From positions 1,050 to 65,049 of the forward strand of contig CAJMOS010000004.1 of NCBI GenBank assembly GCA_905215015.1: 64,000 nt of DNA, read 5' to 3'. The first letter of the stretch is position 1. Every line of letters begins with the position of its first letter. The position numbers and the translations under genes were made by a program. Under the pieces are notes generated by a model. That model had not been told where the DNA came from, searched no databases, and saw only the letters and a list, made by a program, of their open reading frames with translations. Positions 33,870 through 43,324 of the stretch are shown piece by piece. This DNA is from an uncultured bacterium. GTDB taxonomy: Bacteria > Spirochaetota > Spirochaetia > Sphaerochaetales > Sphaerochaetaceae.

Positions 33870-35543
33870 ATGCAGGCTACAGGACAGAAAATCACGACGT
33901 CGTACAGTTCCTTCGAGACGGTTAGGAAGGAAGGATACCTGTACGTGGACAAGACCGCGTATCTGTATGGCCTCGTGACGGGGGCGGACATGTATTTTCT
34001 CTCCCGACCCCGCCGTTTCGGGAAGACGCTGACGGTATCCACCTTGGAGGCAATCTTCCAAGGCAGGAGGGAGCTGTTCAAGGGTCTAGCCATCGACAAG
34101 ACAGACTACGACTGGAAGACCTATCCGGTGGTTCATATTGATTTTGGGAGCTGTGAGGAGAAGACAGCGGAAGGCCTCAATACCTGGCTTTGCGAAAGGC
34201 TTTCCGTCATCGCGCGGAAGTATGGCGTTGTCCTCCAAGGACGGGAGAAAAGTAGCGTCCGTTTCACCCAGCTTCTGGAAAGCCTGTCCGCGCAAGGCAA
34301 GGTTGTCATCCTGGTTGATGAGTACGACAAGGTGCTGTCGGACCATGCGCTTAGCGACAACGTGCTCGAGCTAAGAGACACACTCAAAGGGTTCTATGAT
34401 GTAATCAAGACGGAAAGCAGCCTGCTTCGCTTTGCCTTCATCACGGGAGTGACGAAGTTCTCGAAGGTGGGTGTTTTCTCCGGCATGAACAATCTCTATG
34501 ACGCAACATTCGATCTGGATTATGGGACGATGCTGGGTTACACCCAGGAGGAACTGGAAACATATTTTGCCGGCTACATCGACCAAGGCGTCAAGGACAC
34601 CGGAATGGAGAGGGCAACCTACCTTGCCAGGATCAAGGGGATGTACGACGGCTACAGGTTCGCTCTGGATACGGAGACCGTGTACAACCCTGTTTCCGTT
34701 GGATTGTTTTTCACCCGAGGACACGGCCGGGATTTCGATGACTACTGGATTGAGACGGGAAACATGAAGCTGGTCATGGACATGGCCCAGTCGGTGGACC
34801 TTGATGTCATCCGCGACCTGAAGGACGGCATGGACAGGGATGCGCTTGGTTCATTCGACATCACCCTTCTGAAAGGAATGGAGGGAGACGTCAACAAGGT
34901 GCAGGCCTTCCTGCTGCAGACAGGCTATCTGACCATCGACTCCAAGGACGGAGACCTGTTCATGCTGCGCTTCCCGAATGCAGAGGTGAGGAATGCGTAC
35001 AGCAAGGCGTTCTTGAACCGCCTTTACCAAGGGAGAAGCCAGAACATCATCACGCAGATGGAGAACGAGCTGAAGAAGGGGAATACAGAAGGGTTCATGG
35101 ACCTGTTCGTCGGATACCTCGCGAAGATTCCGTACAGGCAGGCGAAGAAGGAAGCGGACTTCGCCCAACTTGCCGTCGCCATCACCTCGGCGATGAGCGA
35201 GGATGTGTGGACGGTGGCCGAAGACATGACGAGCGAAGGAAGGATCGATCTTTCGCTTACCATGCAGAGGCAGATTTACGTGGTGGAGTTCAAGGTGGAC
35301 ACGGGCGCGGATGCCGCATTGAAGCAGATCAAGGACAAGCACTATGCAGACAAGTTCCGTCTGGAGAGGGGGAAGGCCATACACCTCTTGGGCATCGCCT
35401 TCAGCTCGACCGGACACACGGTGCAGGACTGGAAGGAAGAGGTGCTGGATCAGTACCATGCGGATACAAGCGTCTGCCAAAACCTGCAAACAAACGCATC
35501 ACAAGCAGGTTCTGTTGACAGGTCATCGTCTCCCTTGGATTGA
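33870..35543 (+). CDS. AAA-ATPase_like domain + PD-(D/E)XK nuclease (PDDEXK_9-type) protein
   Basis: The N-terminus SFETVRKEGYLYVDKT and the degenerate P-loop RPRRFGKT (G51-K52-T53 at 34020-34028) are hallmarks of the predicted AAA-ATPase family. The C-terminal nuclease core is GRIDLSL (D460, 35247-35249) ... VVEFK (E473/K475, 35286-35294). Its base composition resembles the backbone, not the island. Confidence 0.8.
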   Translation: MQATGQKITTSYSSFETVRKEGYLYVDKTAYLYGLVTGADMYFLSRPRRFGKTLTVSTLEAIFQGRRELFKGLAIDKTDYDWKTYPVVHIDFGSCEEKTAEGLNTWLCERLSVIARKYGVVLQGREKSSVRFTQLLESLSAQGKVVILVDEYDKVLSDHALSDNVLELRDTLKGFYDVIKTESSLLRFAFITGVTKFSKVGVFSGMNNLYDATFDLDYGTMLGYTQEELETYFAGYIDQGVKDTGMERATYLARIKGMYDGYRFALDTETVYNPVSVGLFFTRGHGRDFDDYWIETGNMKLVMDMAQSVDLDVIRDLKDGMDRDALGSFDITLLKGMEGDVNKVQAFLLQTGYLTIDSKDGDLFMLRFPNAEVRNAYSKAFLNRLYQGRSQNIITQMENELKKGNTEGFMDLFVGYLAKIPYRQAKKEADFAQLAVAITSAMSEDVWTVAEDMTSEGRIDLSLTMQRQIYVVEFKVDTGADAALKQIKDKHYADKFRLERGKAIHLLGIAFSSTGHTVQDWKEEVLDQYHADTSVCQNLQTNASQAGSVDRSSSPLD

Positions 35544-35652
35544 ACCTATTCCAGGGAAGCACCATTGGCCCATCCCGGTCAGTAGGTACAAAAGAGGGGG
35601 GTGTCCGGAATCAAGTTCCTTCTTCCCCCCTTCCTGTCATGCGGGTGTCTCT

Positions 35653-36921
35653 TTAGCGGATAATGATCTGGTTGCGCTCCGGTCCGACCGAGACGTACTT
35701 GATCGGGGCTCCGGAAAGCTTCTCCAGGGCAAGGACGTACTCCTGCGCCTTCTTGGGAAGTTCCTCCCACTTGCGGCAGGAGGTGATGTCGCAGTTCCAG
35801 CCCTCGAACTCCTCGTAGATCGGCTTGGCCTTCGCCTGCCCCTGGGTGTCCGGCAGCTCGGTGACGCGCTTGCCGTCGATCTCGTAGGCGACGCAGACCT
35901 TGATCGTCTTGAAGGTGTCCAGGACGTCCAGCTTGGTCAGGGCGATGGCGGTGAAGCCGTTGACCCACGAGCCAAACTCGACGGCCACGGCGTCGAACCA
36001 GCCGCAGCGGCGGGGACGGCCTGTGGTCACCCCGAACTCGCCGCCGATTCTGCGCAGCTTCTCGCCGTCCTCGTCGAACAGCTCGGTCGGGTAGGGCCCG
36101 CCGCCGACGCAGGTGGAGTACGCCTTGGCGACTCCGATGACCTCGCTGATCCGGTTGGGGGCGATGCCGGCACCGGTGCAGGCGCCACCGGCGGTCGGGT
36201 TGCTGCTGGTGGTGTAGGGGTAGATGCCCCAGTCAAGGTCTCGGGCGATGCCGAGCTGGCCTTCGAGCAGGACGTTCTGTCCTTCTCTGATCGCCTTGCG
36301 GACGATGGGCAGGGTGTCCTTGATGCGGCAGCCGAACTCGGCTTTCCAGGCGTCGCACTTTTCGAGCAGCTCCTCCAGGGTGTAGGTGGGCAGGCCGTAG
36401 TACTCGAGCTCGCGGTTCTTCAGCGGAAGGACCATCGCCAGACGGGTCTTCAGCCACTCGGGGTCGAGCAGGTCTCCGGCGCGCAGGCCGCTGCGGGCGC
36501 TCTTGTCGCTGTAGCAGGGACCGATGCCGCACTTGGTGGTGCCGATCTTCTGGCTGGAGCTGCGCTTGTTCTCCTCGGCGCCGTCCAGAGCCTTGTGGTA
36601 GGGCATGATCAGGTGGGCCCTGGTGTCGATGAAGAGGTTACGGGTGTCGACGCCCTTGGCCTCCAGGTTGGACAGCTCGTCGTGCATGCGGTCGAAGTTG
36701 ACCACGGCTCCCGCATCGACGATGTTGATCGTGTCGGGGTTGAAGATGCCGCTGGGAATGATGTGCAGGCCGAACTTGCCCTTCTCGTTGACGACGGTGT
36801 GTCCGGCGTTGTCGCCACCCTGGTAGCGGATGGCGACCTGGCAGTTTTGGGCGATATAGTCGACGATGCGGCCCTTGCCCTCATCGCCCGACTGGGCTCC
36901 AATCACGGAAATGACGCTCAT
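35653..36921 (-). CDS. purA: Adenylosuccinate synthetase
   Basis: It has the P-loop GAQSGDEGKGRIVD, GTTKCGIGPCY and GVTTGRPRRCGW. It is 422 aa long. Confidence 0.92.
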   Translation of the reverse strand: MSVISVIGAQSGDEGKGRIVDYIAQNCQVAIRYQGGDNAGHTVVNEKGKFGLHIIPSGIFNPDTINIVDAGAVVNFDRMHDELSNLEAKGVDTRNLFIDTRAHLIMPYHKALDGAEENKRSSSQKIGTTKCGIGPCYSDKSARSGLRAGDLLDPEWLKTRLAMVLPLKNRELEYYGLPTYTLEELLEKCDAWKAEFGCRIKDTLPIVRKAIREGQNVLLEGQLGIARDLDWGIYPYTTSSNPTAGGACTGAGIAPNRISEVIGVAKAYSTCVGGGPYPTELFDEDGEKLRRIGGEFGVTTGRPRRCGWFDAVAVEFGSWVNGFTAIALTKLDVLDTFKTIKVCVAYEIDGKRVTELPDTQGQAKAKPIYEEFEGWNCDITSCRKWEELPKKAQEYVLALEKLSGAPIKYVSVGPERNQIIIR

Positions 36922-37466
36922 GTTCTAGCCTCCTGAGCACGTTGCTCGCGTTCTTTGCGGTTATGCTCGTCGATGTCGGCGGCATCCCACGGATAGCCGA
37001 TCCAGATGTCGGGGATTTCCTCTCCGGCGAAATACCGCTTGACCTCGACCGGCATCTCCACGTCTTTTTTCTTGAGTTTGTTGTGCAGCACCAGCACGGC
37101 GACCTCTTCGGGCTTGTACTTGAGAAGTTCTCCGACGCAATAAGCCAAGGTGGCGCGGGTGTCGTCCACCTCGTCGATCAGCAGGATCTTCTTGCCGGTC
37201 AGCTGGGACTGGACCTCGTCGATCCACTGGATCTTGTGCGGGTGGTCGGCATGGGAGTGGTCGGTCCCGTAGTAGGAGATGCCGACGGCGTAGATCGGGC
37301 GATGGATGAAGGTTTTCAGGATGCGGGCAGGGATGAAGCCGCCGCTGCCGATGGCGACGATGACATCAGGGTCGTAGCCGCTCTTCTCCACACGCTCGGC
37401 CAATCCCTTGACCAGTTTGTGCACCGTCTCATAGCTGACGTAATACTTTTGTTCGTTCATTGCCAT
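36918..37466 (-). CDS. Phosphoribosyltransferase (xanthine/guanine PRT-like, Gpt-type layout)
   Basis: It has the PRPP-binding motif KILLIDEVDDTRATL and N-terminal VAIGSGGFIPARIL. There is a 4-nt overlap with purA. Confidence 0.7.
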   Translation of the reverse strand: MAMNEQKYYVSYETVHKLVKGLAERVEKSGYDPDVIVAIGSGGFIPARILKTFIHRPIYAVGISYYGTDHSHADHPHKIQWIDEVQSQLTGKKILLIDEVDDTRATLAYCVGELLKYKPEEVAVLVLHNKLKKKDVEMPVEVKRYFAGEEIPDIWIGYPWDAADIDEHNRKEREQRAQEART

Positions 37467-37471
37467 GCTCC

Positions 37472-38029
37472 TTATTTCTGGGGATACATCTCGGCGATAT
37501 AAGGAAGCGTGCGATGCTTCTCGTTGTAATCCAGGCCATATCCGACCACCCAGACATCGGGGATGGTGAAACCGCAGTAGTCGATCTCGACAGGGACGAT
37601 ATGGCGGTCCGGCTTGTCCAGAAGCACGGCGGTCTTGACGGACAGCGGCTTGCGGGTCTTGAAGGTGCGGATCAGGTAGTCCAGCGTATAGCCGGAGTCC
37701 AGAATATCCTCGACGATCAGCACGTGCTTGTTCTCCATGTTCTGGCGGGTGTCCATCAAGAGCCTGACGTTGCCGGTGGTCTTGTCTCCCGTGTAGGAGG
37801 AGAGGGCGATGAAATCGACGACGTGCTCCTTGGTCAGGGCCCTGGTCAGGTCTGCGGTGAAGATGAAAGCGCCTTTGAGCACTCCCACAATCAGCAACTC
37901 GCCTTTTCCTGCATAGTCTTTATCGATTTGGCGGGCCAGGTCGGCGACCCGCTTCCGGATGGTGTCGGCGTCGATGAGAACGCCTTTGAGATCCTCGGTC
38001 AAAGCGGGGATCGTGAGAGATGCGGTCAT
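37472..38029 (-). CDS. hpt: Hypoxanthine-guanine phosphoribosyltransferase
   Basis: The start is set at ATG 38029, with GAGGAG 6 nt upstream. It has the PRPP motif VLIVEDILDSGYTL, KGAFIFTADL and C-terminal VVGYGLDYNEKHRTLPYI. Confidence 0.88.
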   Translation of the reverse strand: MTASLTIPALTEDLKGVLIDADTIRKRVADLARQIDKDYAGKGELLIVGVLKGAFIFTADLTRALTKEHVVDFIALSSYTGDKTTGNVRLLMDTRQNMENKHVLIVEDILDSGYTLDYLIRTFKTRKPLSVKTAVLLDKPDRHIVPVEIDYCGFTIPDVWVVGYGLDYNEKHRTLPYIAEMYPQK

Positions 38030-38147
38030 GCACAACTCCTCTCTGCAATCATAGATGATTCGGATATGTATAGAGGTACCCTAAAAGGCTTCCACCTGTC
38101 AATTGAACGGGCTGGACAGGAAAGGCCTCTTTCAGAACAATGGGTGC

Positions 38148-39095
38148 ATGGCCTATCTGGTATTCAGACAATTGATTGTCATGACGTTGATTTGCGTCAT
38201 CGGTTATCTTCTCGCCAAGTGGAAGCATTTCGGCGAGAAGGAGAGCCAGTTCCTTTCGTATCTGCTTCTGTATGTGGTGACTCCCTGCCTGATCATCGAC
38301 ACGTACAACGTGCCTTTTGACGGCGAGAAACTGACCCATTTCCTCATCATGCTGGGTCTTTCGACCCTGACGTTCATGCTGTTGATTCTCTTTTCGTCAT
38401 TGCTTTTCGGCAAGCCCAAGAGCGAGGCGGACGACCGGACCCGCAGCCTGGACAAGATGATCATCGTCTATTCCAATGCCGGCTATATCGGCATCCCGAT
38501 CATCAGTGCCGTCCTGGGACAGGAGGCCGTCTTTTACCTGATGGTCTATATTCTGATATTCAACACCGTCCTCTGGATCCACGGCCAGTATCTGATGACC
38601 CGCACCATTTCGCTCAAGGCGGTCTTGACCAAGCCGGCGGTGCTGGCGAGCGCCTTCTCGATTCTTCTGTTCCTGAGTCCTTGGAAGCTGCCCTATGTGG
38701 TAGGCAGTACCGTACACTTGTTCGCCACGCTCAACACCCCGGTCTCCATGGTGGTGCTCGGCATCGTCTTCGCCTGCTTCAAGAAGCCCGATGAGCCACT
38801 GCCTATCAAGCATCTTGTCCGGATTACCTTTCTGCGCCTGATTGCCGTGCCGATGGTGGTGCTCGTCTTGCTTTACTTGTCCAAGCCCTTCTTCTCCATC
38901 CACCCGACGCTGCAGATGATTTCCATCATCCTGCTGATCGTCTCGGCCTGCCCGGCCGGGCTGGTGGCGACCAATTTCGCCCTGCTGTACAAGAAAGACT
39001 ATACCTATGCCAGTTTCGCCATCGCCGTCACCACGGTACTGTGCGTCGCCACACTTCCGCTGTGCACCGCTTTGGGCGAGACTTTGCTGCTATAA
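38148..39095 (+). CDS. AEC-family (auxin efflux carrier-like) membrane transporter
   Basis: The start is set at ATG 38148 (MAYLVFRQLIVM). It has about 10 TM segments in two halves and an AEC-like block (YSNAGYIGIPII). Confidence 0.72.
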   Translation: MAYLVFRQLIVMTLICVIGYLLAKWKHFGEKESQFLSYLLLYVVTPCLIIDTYNVPFDGEKLTHFLIMLGLSTLTFMLLILFSSLLFGKPKSEADDRTRSLDKMIIVYSNAGYIGIPIISAVLGQEAVFYLMVYILIFNTVLWIHGQYLMTRTISLKAVLTKPAVLASAFSILLFLSPWKLPYVVGSTVHLFATLNTPVSMVVLGIVFACFKKPDEPLPIKHLVRITFLRLIAVPMVVLVLLYLSKPFFSIHPTLQMISIILLIVSACPAGLVATNFALLYKKDYTYASFAIAVTTVLCVATLPLCTALGETLLL

Positions 39096-39119
39096 TATTC
39101 CATAAAAAGGGGGACCATC

Positions 39120-39629
39120 ATGTTGCAGGAAATCTCGATTGATTCGATCGAACTGGATCCGTTTGCCACCATCGGCAAGGATACGATGCTGATTACCGCC
39201 ACCAGTGCCAAAGGCTGGAACACCATGACGGCCTCGTGGGGTGGCATGGGCCATCTGTGGAATCGGAACGTCATGTTCATCTTCGTCCGCAAGAGCCGCT
39301 ACACCCACACCTTCCTCGAGGAAGGAAGCCGTTTCACCTGCAGTTTCTTTCCCGAGGAGCAGAAGCGGGCTCTTGGGTATCTGGGAAACCATTCGGGCAG
39401 GGATGGGGACAAGGTCAAGGCGAGCGGGCTGAACGCCGAAGCGCTGGATGACGGGTGCGTCTCCTTCAAGGAGGCCAACCTGGTTTTCGCCTGCACCAAG
39501 ATCGCGGAATCGGAGATGGTGCCCGAGGCCTTCCACCTTCCCGATGATATTGTCCGGGACATCTACCGGGACGGAGACTGGCATACCCTGTATATCGGCT
39601 CGATCGACAAAGTCTACGTGCAGTGCTGA
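39120..39629 (+). CDS. Flavin reductase-like (FMN-binding split-barrel) protein
   Basis: 169 aa. The pattern LITATSAKGWNTMTASWGGMGHLWNRNVMFIFVRKSRYT matches the flavin reductase/flavoredoxin domain. Confidence 0.62.
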   Translation: MLQEISIDSIELDPFATIGKDTMLITATSAKGWNTMTASWGGMGHLWNRNVMFIFVRKSRYTHTFLEEGSRFTCSFFPEEQKRALGYLGNHSGRDGDKVKASGLNAEALDDGCVSFKEANLVFACTKIAESEMVPEAFHLPDDIVRDIYRDGDWHTLYIGSIDKVYVQC

Positions 39630-39748
39630 GCAAGCGTTGCTTTTTGCCCGATAAGCTGGTATGACTGCATACGACGACACATCAACCTGGACGGGACAAG
39701 AGTTCCGTCTTGAGTCTCCGACTGCACATCGGAGCGAAGGAAGAGCGC

Positions 39749-41710
39749 ATGATCTTGACAAATGACCAGGCCAAGAAGGCCCTCGGGATGATGGAGTGCT
39801 CCCGCCACTTTGAGAAGCGTCTCCAACAGTATTTCCAACAGAAGGCCATGCATGGCACCACTCATCTTTCCATCGGCCAAGAGGCCGCCCAGGAGGGGCT
39901 CGCCCTTGCCTTGGACGAAGGGGATTGGATTGTTCCGACCCACCGCCATCACGGCCACACCATCTGCCGGGGTACCGACATGCGGGCCATGTTCAGCGAG
40001 ATGTGGGGTTCCCGGTATGGCATCTGCAAGGGCCTTGGCGGGTCGATGCACATGACCGACATCTCCCGCTGGAACGCTGGATCGAGCGCTGTCGTCGGCA
40101 GCGGAATCCCCATCGCCATGGGCCTTGCCTTGGGTCTGAAGAAACACCAAAGCCGGTCCATCTCCGTCGCCATCTTCGGCGATGGCGCCACCAGCAGGGG
40201 GACGCTCCACGAGTGCATGAACCTGTCCAGTGTCTGGAACCTGCCCCTCCTCTTGTATCTGGAAAACAATGGATATGGCATGAGCGCCAGCGTGAAGGAT
40301 GCTGTCGCCACCGACAATATCGCCAAACGTTCCGAAGGCTACCGGATACCTTGGGCCCAGGCCGACGGCAATGATGTGGAGGATGTCTACGCCAAGGCGA
40401 AGGTGGCGGTGGATACCATCCGGGCCACCGGCCGTCCCTATTTCCTGGAGGTCTTCACCTATCGCGAGAACGGCCATAGCAAAAGCGACCATTGCGTCTA
40501 CCGGAGCCGGGCCGAAGAAGAGGCTTGGAGGAAGAAGGACCCGATCAAGCGTTTCTGCCATCGCCTGATTGAGGAAAAGGTCTGTTCCGAGGATGAGGTG
40601 CGGGCAATCCTGGAAGGGGCGGACCAGCAGGTCGACGAGGCGGCCCGCCAGGCCGAAACGACCAAGGACCAGGTGTTGTCCCTGGATGAGGCGAAGGGTT
40701 TCGTCTACGCCGACCCGGTAACCACCAAAAGGACGGAAGGACAGGTCCACCGTGCCAGCTATCGGTGTGCGGTCCGCGAGGCGCTGGACGAGGAGATGGG
40801 CAGGTCGCAGAGCGTGCAGCTGTGGGGGGAGGACATCGGCACCTATGGTGGTTGTTTCGGGGTCACCGGAGACCTTTGCAGACGCCATCCCGGGCAGGTG
40901 CGGGAGACTCCGGTCAGCGAGGAGAGCTTCACCGGCATGGCGGTCGGGGCCTCGATTCTCGGCATCAGGCCCGTCGTCGAGATCATGTACGGGGACTTCG
41001 TCACGCTTGCCAGCGATCCGTTGGTCAACCATGCCTCGAAACTGCGGTTCATGAGCGCGGGACAGCTGAAGTGCCCGATGGTGCTCCGCACTCCGCTAGG
41101 AAGCGGGACCGGACACGGCAGCCAGCATACCCAAAGCCTGGAGGGGATGTTCAGCGGGATTCCCGGACTGGTGGTGGTCGCCCCCTCGACGCCCCACGAT
41201 GCCAAGGCGCTGCTGAAGAGCGCCATCCGCAGCGACAACCCGGTCATCTTCTTCGAGCACAAGCTGCTCTATGCCGTCGAGGGCGATGTGGGGGACGAGA
41301 CGAGTCTCATGCCCCTTGGCAGATGCGATATCAAGGAAGAGGGCGAAGACGTGACGATCGTCGCCTACAGCCGCGCGGTGCTGACCGCCCTTGAGGCAAG
41401 CGCGCGGTTGGCCGGGGAGGGTATTTCCTGCGAGGTGGTCGACCTGTGCACGCTGAGTCCGCTGGATATCGGGACGGTGCTGCGCTCTGTCCGGAAGACC
41501 GGTCGTCTGGTGATGGTGGAGGAGAGCAACCCCCACGGCAGCTATGGCCAGGACGTGGTCGGGCAGGTGGCGGTCAGCGGGCTGAAGCTGAAGGCGCCGA
41601 TGCGGATGGTGGCGGGCAAGGAGCTCTGCATCCCCTTCTCCAAGCGCCTGGAAGAGCAGATGGTTCCCCATGCGGATGATGTGGTGAGGGCGGTACACGA
41701 GATCCTGTAA
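39749..41710 (+). CDS. Fused alpha-beta E1 component of a TPP-dependent 2-oxo acid / acetoin dehydrogenase
   Basis: The start is set at ATG 39749 (MILTNDQAKKALGMM). The alpha half has the TPP motif GDGATSRGTLHECMNLSSVWNLPLLLYLENNGYGMS. The beta half has WGEDIG..GG.FGVT and ETPVSEESFTGMAVGA, plus a transketolase-C-like tail. Confidence 0.8.
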   Translation: MILTNDQAKKALGMMECSRHFEKRLQQYFQQKAMHGTTHLSIGQEAAQEGLALALDEGDWIVPTHRHHGHTICRGTDMRAMFSEMWGSRYGICKGLGGSMHMTDISRWNAGSSAVVGSGIPIAMGLALGLKKHQSRSISVAIFGDGATSRGTLHECMNLSSVWNLPLLLYLENNGYGMSASVKDAVATDNIAKRSEGYRIPWAQADGNDVEDVYAKAKVAVDTIRATGRPYFLEVFTYRENGHSKSDHCVYRSRAEEEAWRKKDPIKRFCHRLIEEKVCSEDEVRAILEGADQQVDEAARQAETTKDQVLSLDEAKGFVYADPVTTKRTEGQVHRASYRCAVREALDEEMGRSQSVQLWGEDIGTYGGCFGVTGDLCRRHPGQVRETPVSEESFTGMAVGASILGIRPVVEIMYGDFVTLASDPLVNHASKLRFMSAGQLKCPMVLRTPLGSGTGHGSQHTQSLEGMFSGIPGLVVVAPSTPHDAKALLKSAIRSDNPVIFFEHKLLYAVEGDVGDETSLMPLGRCDIKEEGEDVTIVAYSRAVLTALEASARLAGEGISCEVVDLCTLSPLDIGTVLRSVRKTGRLVMVEESNPHGSYGQDVVGQVAVSGLKLKAPMRMVAGKELCIPFSKRLEEQMVPHADDVVRAVHEIL

Positions 41711-41787
41711 CTTGTGGTTCTACCTTTTCTTTTTCCCTCACGTTCGGTACACTAGGTACCACTTAGTACTGAGGAGAAAAGAACAGC

Positions 41788-43323
41788 ATGGACATCGATG
41801 TGAAAAATCTGCATCCGCTGGAAGTCCGTCTGCTCAGACATGTGAAAGCCGGCGAGCCGATTACCGCCGAACGCATTGTCTCCGAGCTGGGCTTCAACGT
41901 CGGGCAGTGCAACCAGGCTTTCTCGTGGCTGTGCGCCAAGAACTATCTGGTCGAGAAGAGCCGTACGACCCATACGCTGTATGAGATCACCGACCTGGGC
42001 AAGAAGGACGAGAAGGAAGGCCTGCCGGCCCAGCGCATCTACAACTACCTGAAAGAGCAGGGTGCCCATACGCTGCCGGAGATCGCCGAGGCTCTCGGGC
42101 TGGAGAAGAGCGAGGTCGGCTCCGCGTTCGGCCAGCTTTCCAAAGGCAAGATCGCCAGGATGGACGAGCTCCATCGCGCCTTCGTCGAGAAGCAGGAGAT
42201 GTTGCGCGATGTCCTGATCGCCGGCAAGTTGCTGAGCAGGGCGCTGAAGGCCCCGCTGGATGACGCGACACTGAACGACGAGGAGAAGCGCGTCATCTCC
42301 ACAATCAGCAAGAAACGCGGGAGCGATTCCCCCCTCAAGGTGACCGAGAAGGAAGACGTGGTCTACGGGCTGACCGATCTCGGTGTCCAGGCAAAGGAGG
42401 CCGTCATCAAAAGCGGTATCTCCGGCGAGGAGTTCAACGCCGTCACTCCGGAGCTTCTGGAAAGCGGCAAGTGGAAGAACGGTTCTTTCCGTCCCTATTC
42501 CCTCAACGCTCCGATCAGCAAGATCATCCCGGGTCGCCTGAACCCCTATGGGGCCTATATCCAGTGGGTCAAGGACAAGCTGGTCTCCCTTGGTTTCGAG
42601 GAGTTCGACGGGCCGCTTGTGGAGGACAACTTCTGGAATGGCGACGCGCTGTTCATGCCGCAGTTCCATGCTGCGCGCGATATCCATGATGTCTATTACC
42701 TGAAGGATCCCGTCCATGCGAAGACGATTGAGGAGCCTTGGTTCAGCCAGGTCCGCGAGACCCACGAGAATGGGTGGAAGACCGGCAGCCGGGGATGGGG
42801 ATACGAGTTCAGCGAGGAATTCACCAAACGGCAGTTGCTCCGTAGCCAGGGCACGGTCCTTTCCGCCCATACCCTGACCCACGCGAAGGTTCCCGGCAAG
42901 TATTTCGGCGTCGTCCGCTGTTTCCGCTTTGACGAGGTCAACGCCACCCACGGCGCCGATTTCTACCAGACCGAGGGCATCATGCTGGGCAAGGATGTCA
43001 ACCTGAAGACGTTGCTCGGCTTGCTGAAGATGTTCGCCACCGAGATCGCCGGTGCGGAAGAGGTCAAGTATGTACCCAGCTATTTCCCGTTCACCGAGCC
43101 ATCGATCGAGGTCCACGTGAAGCACCCGGTCCTTGGCTGGATCGAGCTGGGCGGCAGCGGTATCTTCCGTCCCGAGGTCACCAGGCCGCTGGGCATCGAT
43201 GTGCCGGTGCTTGCCTGGGGCATGGGTATCGACCGTATGGCCCTGATGCACTTGGGTCTGAACGACATCCGCGAGCTGTTCACGCCGAACGTCGATAGCG
43301 TCCGTACGAGGAGGGGAAACTGA
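41788..43323 (+). CDS. pheS: Phenylalanine--tRNA ligase alpha subunit, archaeal/eukaryal-type (long N-terminal wHTH region)
   Basis: 511 aa. The class II core has FMPQFHAARD (motif 2 region), FRFDEVNATHGADFYQTEG and motif 3 GWIELGGSGIFRPEV...AWGMGIDR. Confidence 0.88.
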   Translation: MDIDVKNLHPLEVRLLRHVKAGEPITAERIVSELGFNVGQCNQAFSWLCAKNYLVEKSRTTHTLYEITDLGKKDEKEGLPAQRIYNYLKEQGAHTLPEIAEALGLEKSEVGSAFGQLSKGKIARMDELHRAFVEKQEMLRDVLIAGKLLSRALKAPLDDATLNDEEKRVISTISKKRGSDSPLKVTEKEDVVYGLTDLGVQAKEAVIKSGISGEEFNAVTPELLESGKWKNGSFRPYSLNAPISKIIPGRLNPYGAYIQWVKDKLVSLGFEEFDGPLVEDNFWNGDALFMPQFHAARDIHDVYYLKDPVHAKTIEEPWFSQVRETHENGWKTGSRGWGYEFSEEFTKRQLLRSQGTVLSAHTLTHAKVPGKYFGVVRCFRFDEVNATHGADFYQTEGIMLGKDVNLKTLLGLLKMFATEIAGAEEVKYVPSYFPFTEPSIEVHVKHPVLGWIELGGSGIFRPEVTRPLGIDVPVLAWGMGIDRMALMHLGLNDIRELFTPNVDSVRTRRGN

Positions 43324-43324
43324 C

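Noticed and set aside
35344-36936. 530-aa + strand ORF across purA
   Set aside because: It is antisense to an unmistakable adenylosuccinate synthetase. The translation is Ala/Gly/Val/Asp-rich low complexity.
38030-38147. Possible purine riboswitch upstream of hpt
   Set aside because: Reading the minus-strand leader, I could not find the conserved purine-riboswitch junction or loop sequences (no UAUAAU...GUUUCUACC...CCGUAAA-like blocks). The leader is also short.
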